Source: Selaginella moellendorffii
Lineage: Eukaryota > Plantae > Lycopodiophyta
Direction: 5' to 3'
Assembly (NCBI RefSeq): GCF_000143415.4
Contig: NW_003314277.1
Location: 2,429,955-2,470,656 of the forward strand
Length of the DNA stretch: 40,702 bases
Both the position numbers and the translations under genes were made by a program. The notes under the pieces are model-generated. The model saw nothing but the letters and a program-made list of their open reading frames with translations. It was not told the DNA's origin and did no database searches. Shown piece after piece: positions 37,301 through 40,702 of the stretch (position 1 is its first letter; each line of letters starts with the position of its first letter).

Positions 37301-39428
37301 TTACTAATATAGTCCATAAGCCCTATATAGTAATCCACTTTTAAGTGTTTTTGATGAGTGAAAAAGAAATTAAAGTTGTTAAATTGAACTTTTATATAAG
37401 CATCAACTATAAATTGTTGAGTGAGTTTCCCAGCATGTAATAATTGATCATAAAGGAAAGAGTTGCCAACGTTATCTCGTTGAGATAATTGATATGCATA
37501 ATACCGGAGTAGTGTTACATCGACTCATTGTAGTAGATTTTTTCATGCCAACCTTTATCACCAAATGGTAAAAGTAAAGTATATACCATAGGATCACAAT
37601 TTTCATTAAGAATAGAGATTTTTTTTGGCTGTGAGTTATATGGATGTATGCATATTTCTTTGTCAAGAAATAGCTCACCCTCATCAATAGCGAAAACAAC
37701 AACAACATCATTAGTCTGTGGCAAGTTATAATGATGTAGATTAGTACTTTCACTTCTAACAATTATGTAAACACCATGTTTTGAAGTTCCATTGCAAATT
37801 GAGTGATGTTGTTCTTGTGATTCAAGATCACACATCATTTGAAAAGCTTGTGTATACATGTTTATTGTTCTTAACAAGTTATTTAATTGTAATAACAAAT
37901 TAGGATCACAGTTTGTGTTGAATGGGTTTTGCTTTCTAATATTTGTAGCCTCAAATGCATCAAGCATATAAAGTTGTCCATATAATGGTGGCATATTAGC
38001 AACAGGATATGCTGAAGTAATATTATGATAAATTTGACTATGTATTTTAAAGCAATATGAGCCTTTACCATTTAAATTATCAATATTAGCACCTATTGAT
38101 GCAAAAGCCAAAGCACTGTTGGAATTTCTTATGTTAATTTTAAAGTTAGAGTTTTTATTTTCATTAAACAGCATACGCAATATAGTAGGTAAAGATGAAA
38201 GTTGGGGAAGGGAAACCTTTCCGTTCTGGCAGCACATTGATCTTGACTTGTTTTCAAAATGTAATGCATCACAAAAGACATATATGGATGACATATTTCC
38301 AATATTAAACATATGTATTTATGGTCATTATAATTCTTTTGATGTGCTAATTTATAGATAGTATAACTATGATGATTGCATGTATTAGTTTCATTAGCAT
38401 TTTCAAGGTTTATATTTTAATGACCCTCATCAGCATATGCTATGTTTGTATTAGCATTGTCGAGATCTGAAGTAATTTTTGCATTAGCATGTTCAAGGTT
38501 TAGATTAGTTTCTTCATTAGCATATGCAAGGTTGTTGTGAATATGAATATATGTGCTAGTGTCAATAATTGGAGAAAAATGGTAACATATGCCTCTTAAT
38601 ACTTCATGAAGATGAGGCATATTTGCTAGGGATGATAAATGAGATGAAATAACCTATCTAGTGCAAATTTAAACTTAAGGCAAGAAGTAGATATGAGTGA
38701 TGCATCTATCTAAAAGAAAATCAAAGCACTTATCTTAAAATTTTTAGAGATTCTAAGTAAAAGCTAAAACTCGTGTTCTTACACCAGAAAAAATATTAAA
38801 AAGAAAAAAATAGTGAGAGCACAATCTGTACACACCTTAATCTGTAAACAAAAGAGACTAATCTAACAAAACAAAACCTAAACACAAGACTGGCACACCT
38901 TTTCCAAGGCATGGTGAGCAGCCATGAGCTTGTTCTCTCTCGCAAAAGGACATGGACTACAAACTCTCTGGCCGTGAGAGCTGGCTCTAGCTCCTCCACA
39001 AACCCAAATGAAAATGTCTCAAATTTCCACAACACACAAAAGTTCAGATTGTTGTGGTTGGGGGCCAAATTTGCAGCTGCCGGCCCGATGCTAGACATGG
39101 ATCTCTGCAAGAAGAAGTGCAATTGCTGCGATTGCCACTGATCTGCCAAGCAAGCATTAGCTCGATTGCGGCAAGGGATCTAAGGCAAGCTAAAAAGAAT
39201 GGGCACGGGGGCAAGACACCACTGGTGACACATGTTAGATGCTTATGTTGCCTTGCTTGGAGCCAATGCACACCACTATGGTGGTCTCCCACTGGCCAGG
39301 GATAACATCAGAAAAATTTCTCACACAACCATGGCTACCAACCCTAGCATGGGCCTGGGATGACCTCCGCTCGGGCGTGGGTTCCAACAGCCAAGAGGGC
39401 CGTCTTTATATCACTTTATATGTATAGA
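34315..39428 (-). mobile_element. Autonomous-type Helitron (RepHel), decayed, with both termini
   Basis: 5' end TCTATACATATAAAG at 39428. 3' end has an imperfect GC-rich hairpin (about 34322-34350) followed by CTAG at 34315-34318. It is inserted between a34314 and t39429 with no target-site duplication. Confidence 0.88.
34941..38312 (-). pseudogene. Helitron Rep/Pif1-helicase coding region with stops and frameshifts
   Basis: N-terminal region CCQNGKV, ALAFASIG, YGQLY, DPMVY; Rep region LPSTFSGS...GKPNLFITFTRNPKWPEI; Pif1 motifs GLGGTEKT (broken Walker A), LIWDE, GDFRQTLP, LCNGT, KAQGQTF and HGQLYVALSR. Confidence 0.92.
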
Positions 39429-40702
39429 TATTTATATATACATACATATATACATACATACATACATATTCATTAATATATACTCAATTCTCATTTTTCT
39501 GAACACTCACATTAATGGAGATGAGGGGTATTTCAATTTCTCAGGCAAAGATTTTTAATAGTATTTACTCTAATGTTCAAGATTGTGCTTTTGTTCTTAT
39601 TCATTTTTTGTTATCTTTCAGATTTAAATCTATATAAGCTTTTGTAAAATCTAAATGTAAGTTTCTAAAATTTAGACTTCCCAAAAGGGTATCTTAATAC
39701 TCTTAATTGATTGAAAGAAGGGATTTATAGATCTTTCCCTTTTATATTTGAACCCTTATAAATCATTAATTAAGTTGTTTGATTTAATTGCTCAAAATTC
39801 ATCACATTTTTATCAAGTTAAAATCCATTGCACTTTCCTGCAAATTCATGCCCTTGTAATGAAAATTGAGAGCTATAACTCTTTTGAGAGTTTCACTCTT
39901 TTACTCTCTTAATACCTTACCCCTTAAGTCAAGTTTAATTAAACAAAATTGGACCACCAGATGTCAATCTTAACATACACCCTACCTTAATCTTAACATA
40001 TGCCCTACTTCTTGGTCAAGCCCAACCAAACTATATTGGACTATTAAATTTTTGTAGCACACATGGTTTTCACCCTTTATCTTATGGTGCTTAATATAGG
40101 ATAACTATGAAGCGAAATCTAAACCCTCTATATGCTATGTGCCACATACCACGTGTCCAAAGACAGTAGAGTGGAACTTGAGTTTTAAAGCTTTAGGCCA
40201 TTGAATGAAGGAACAATGCCAAAATTCTAAATATAAAGCCAAGGATTGAAAGAAGTGAAGAATGGAACAACTTTTGAACATACAGTTTAAGAAATGAAGG
40301 CACAAAAATACGAAGTGACATAAAAACAATTCTAAAGCTTCTAACATCCTAATGCCAGGACCAGTATGAAAAACGGACTAAAATAAAGTTTAGAACTATT
40401 TCAGCATACTAGTGGCCTATCACAAATATATGGGTACTCCACCAACTAACATGATATGGAACTTGGGCTTAGACCTAAACCAGACGTAAAACAAAGACAA
40501 ACATGTAAACAAAAACTAAACTATACTTTAGGTTGGTTAGCCATATCTACTATCCTATTATATATTTGGACCCCCTACTCCCCACATGTTTTAGGTTTTC
40601 GGGTGCATATTAAGATTGATATTTGGAAGAAGATAAGGGTATCTAAAGGGTCATCCGCTGCACTGCCGTCTTTGGGGGTTCTTGATGTCCTTCTTCTTTT
40701 TT

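Noticed and set aside
38390-39400. Short ORFs and Asn/Ala-rich repeats in the 5' part of the RepHel Helitron
   Set aside because: No recognisable domain; could be a decayed low-complexity N-terminus or leader, so not supportable as genes.
39430-40702. Possible further transposon or gene in the AT-rich right end
   Set aside because: No termini, repeats or protein motifs that I can recognise.

Overview
Eukaryotic land-plant nuclear DNA with very short GT-AG introns (about 45-70 bp). The intron size plus an ALDH21 fragment suggest a lycophyte such as Selaginella, but that is inference. There are four N gaps (1555-1948, 14467-15063, 17405-17504, 36767-37094). The window has three zones. (1) 1-21.7 kb: a head-to-tail stack of related non-autonomous Helitrons on the minus strand. 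At least three units are defined by termini and a fourth is partial. They carry decayed captured gene fragments: acyl-activating enzyme, purple acid phosphatase, CENH3/H3, kinase, amidohydrolase, kelch protein, SERINC, BIG ARF-GEF, FGAM synthase, ALDH21 and an SDR. Both readable junctions are hairpin-CTAG|TAC, each lacking the TCA that begins the family's 5' end, while the outer end of the stack has (TCA)6. This fits serial insertion of Helitrons into the third/fourth base of each other's 5' end, leaving a microsatellite tally. (2) 22.2-33.4 kb: a compact block of intact genes: a small gene made only of RTEL1-type harmonin-homology domains, mitochondrial SSADH (ALDH5F1), RTEL1, a BAG co-chaperone and a membrane-anchored SPRY protein. 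(3) 33.4-39.4 kb: a deletion-riddled alpha-COP pseudogene next to a decayed autonomous RepHel Helitron with both termini intact. All homology calls come from motif recognition by eye, not database searches.
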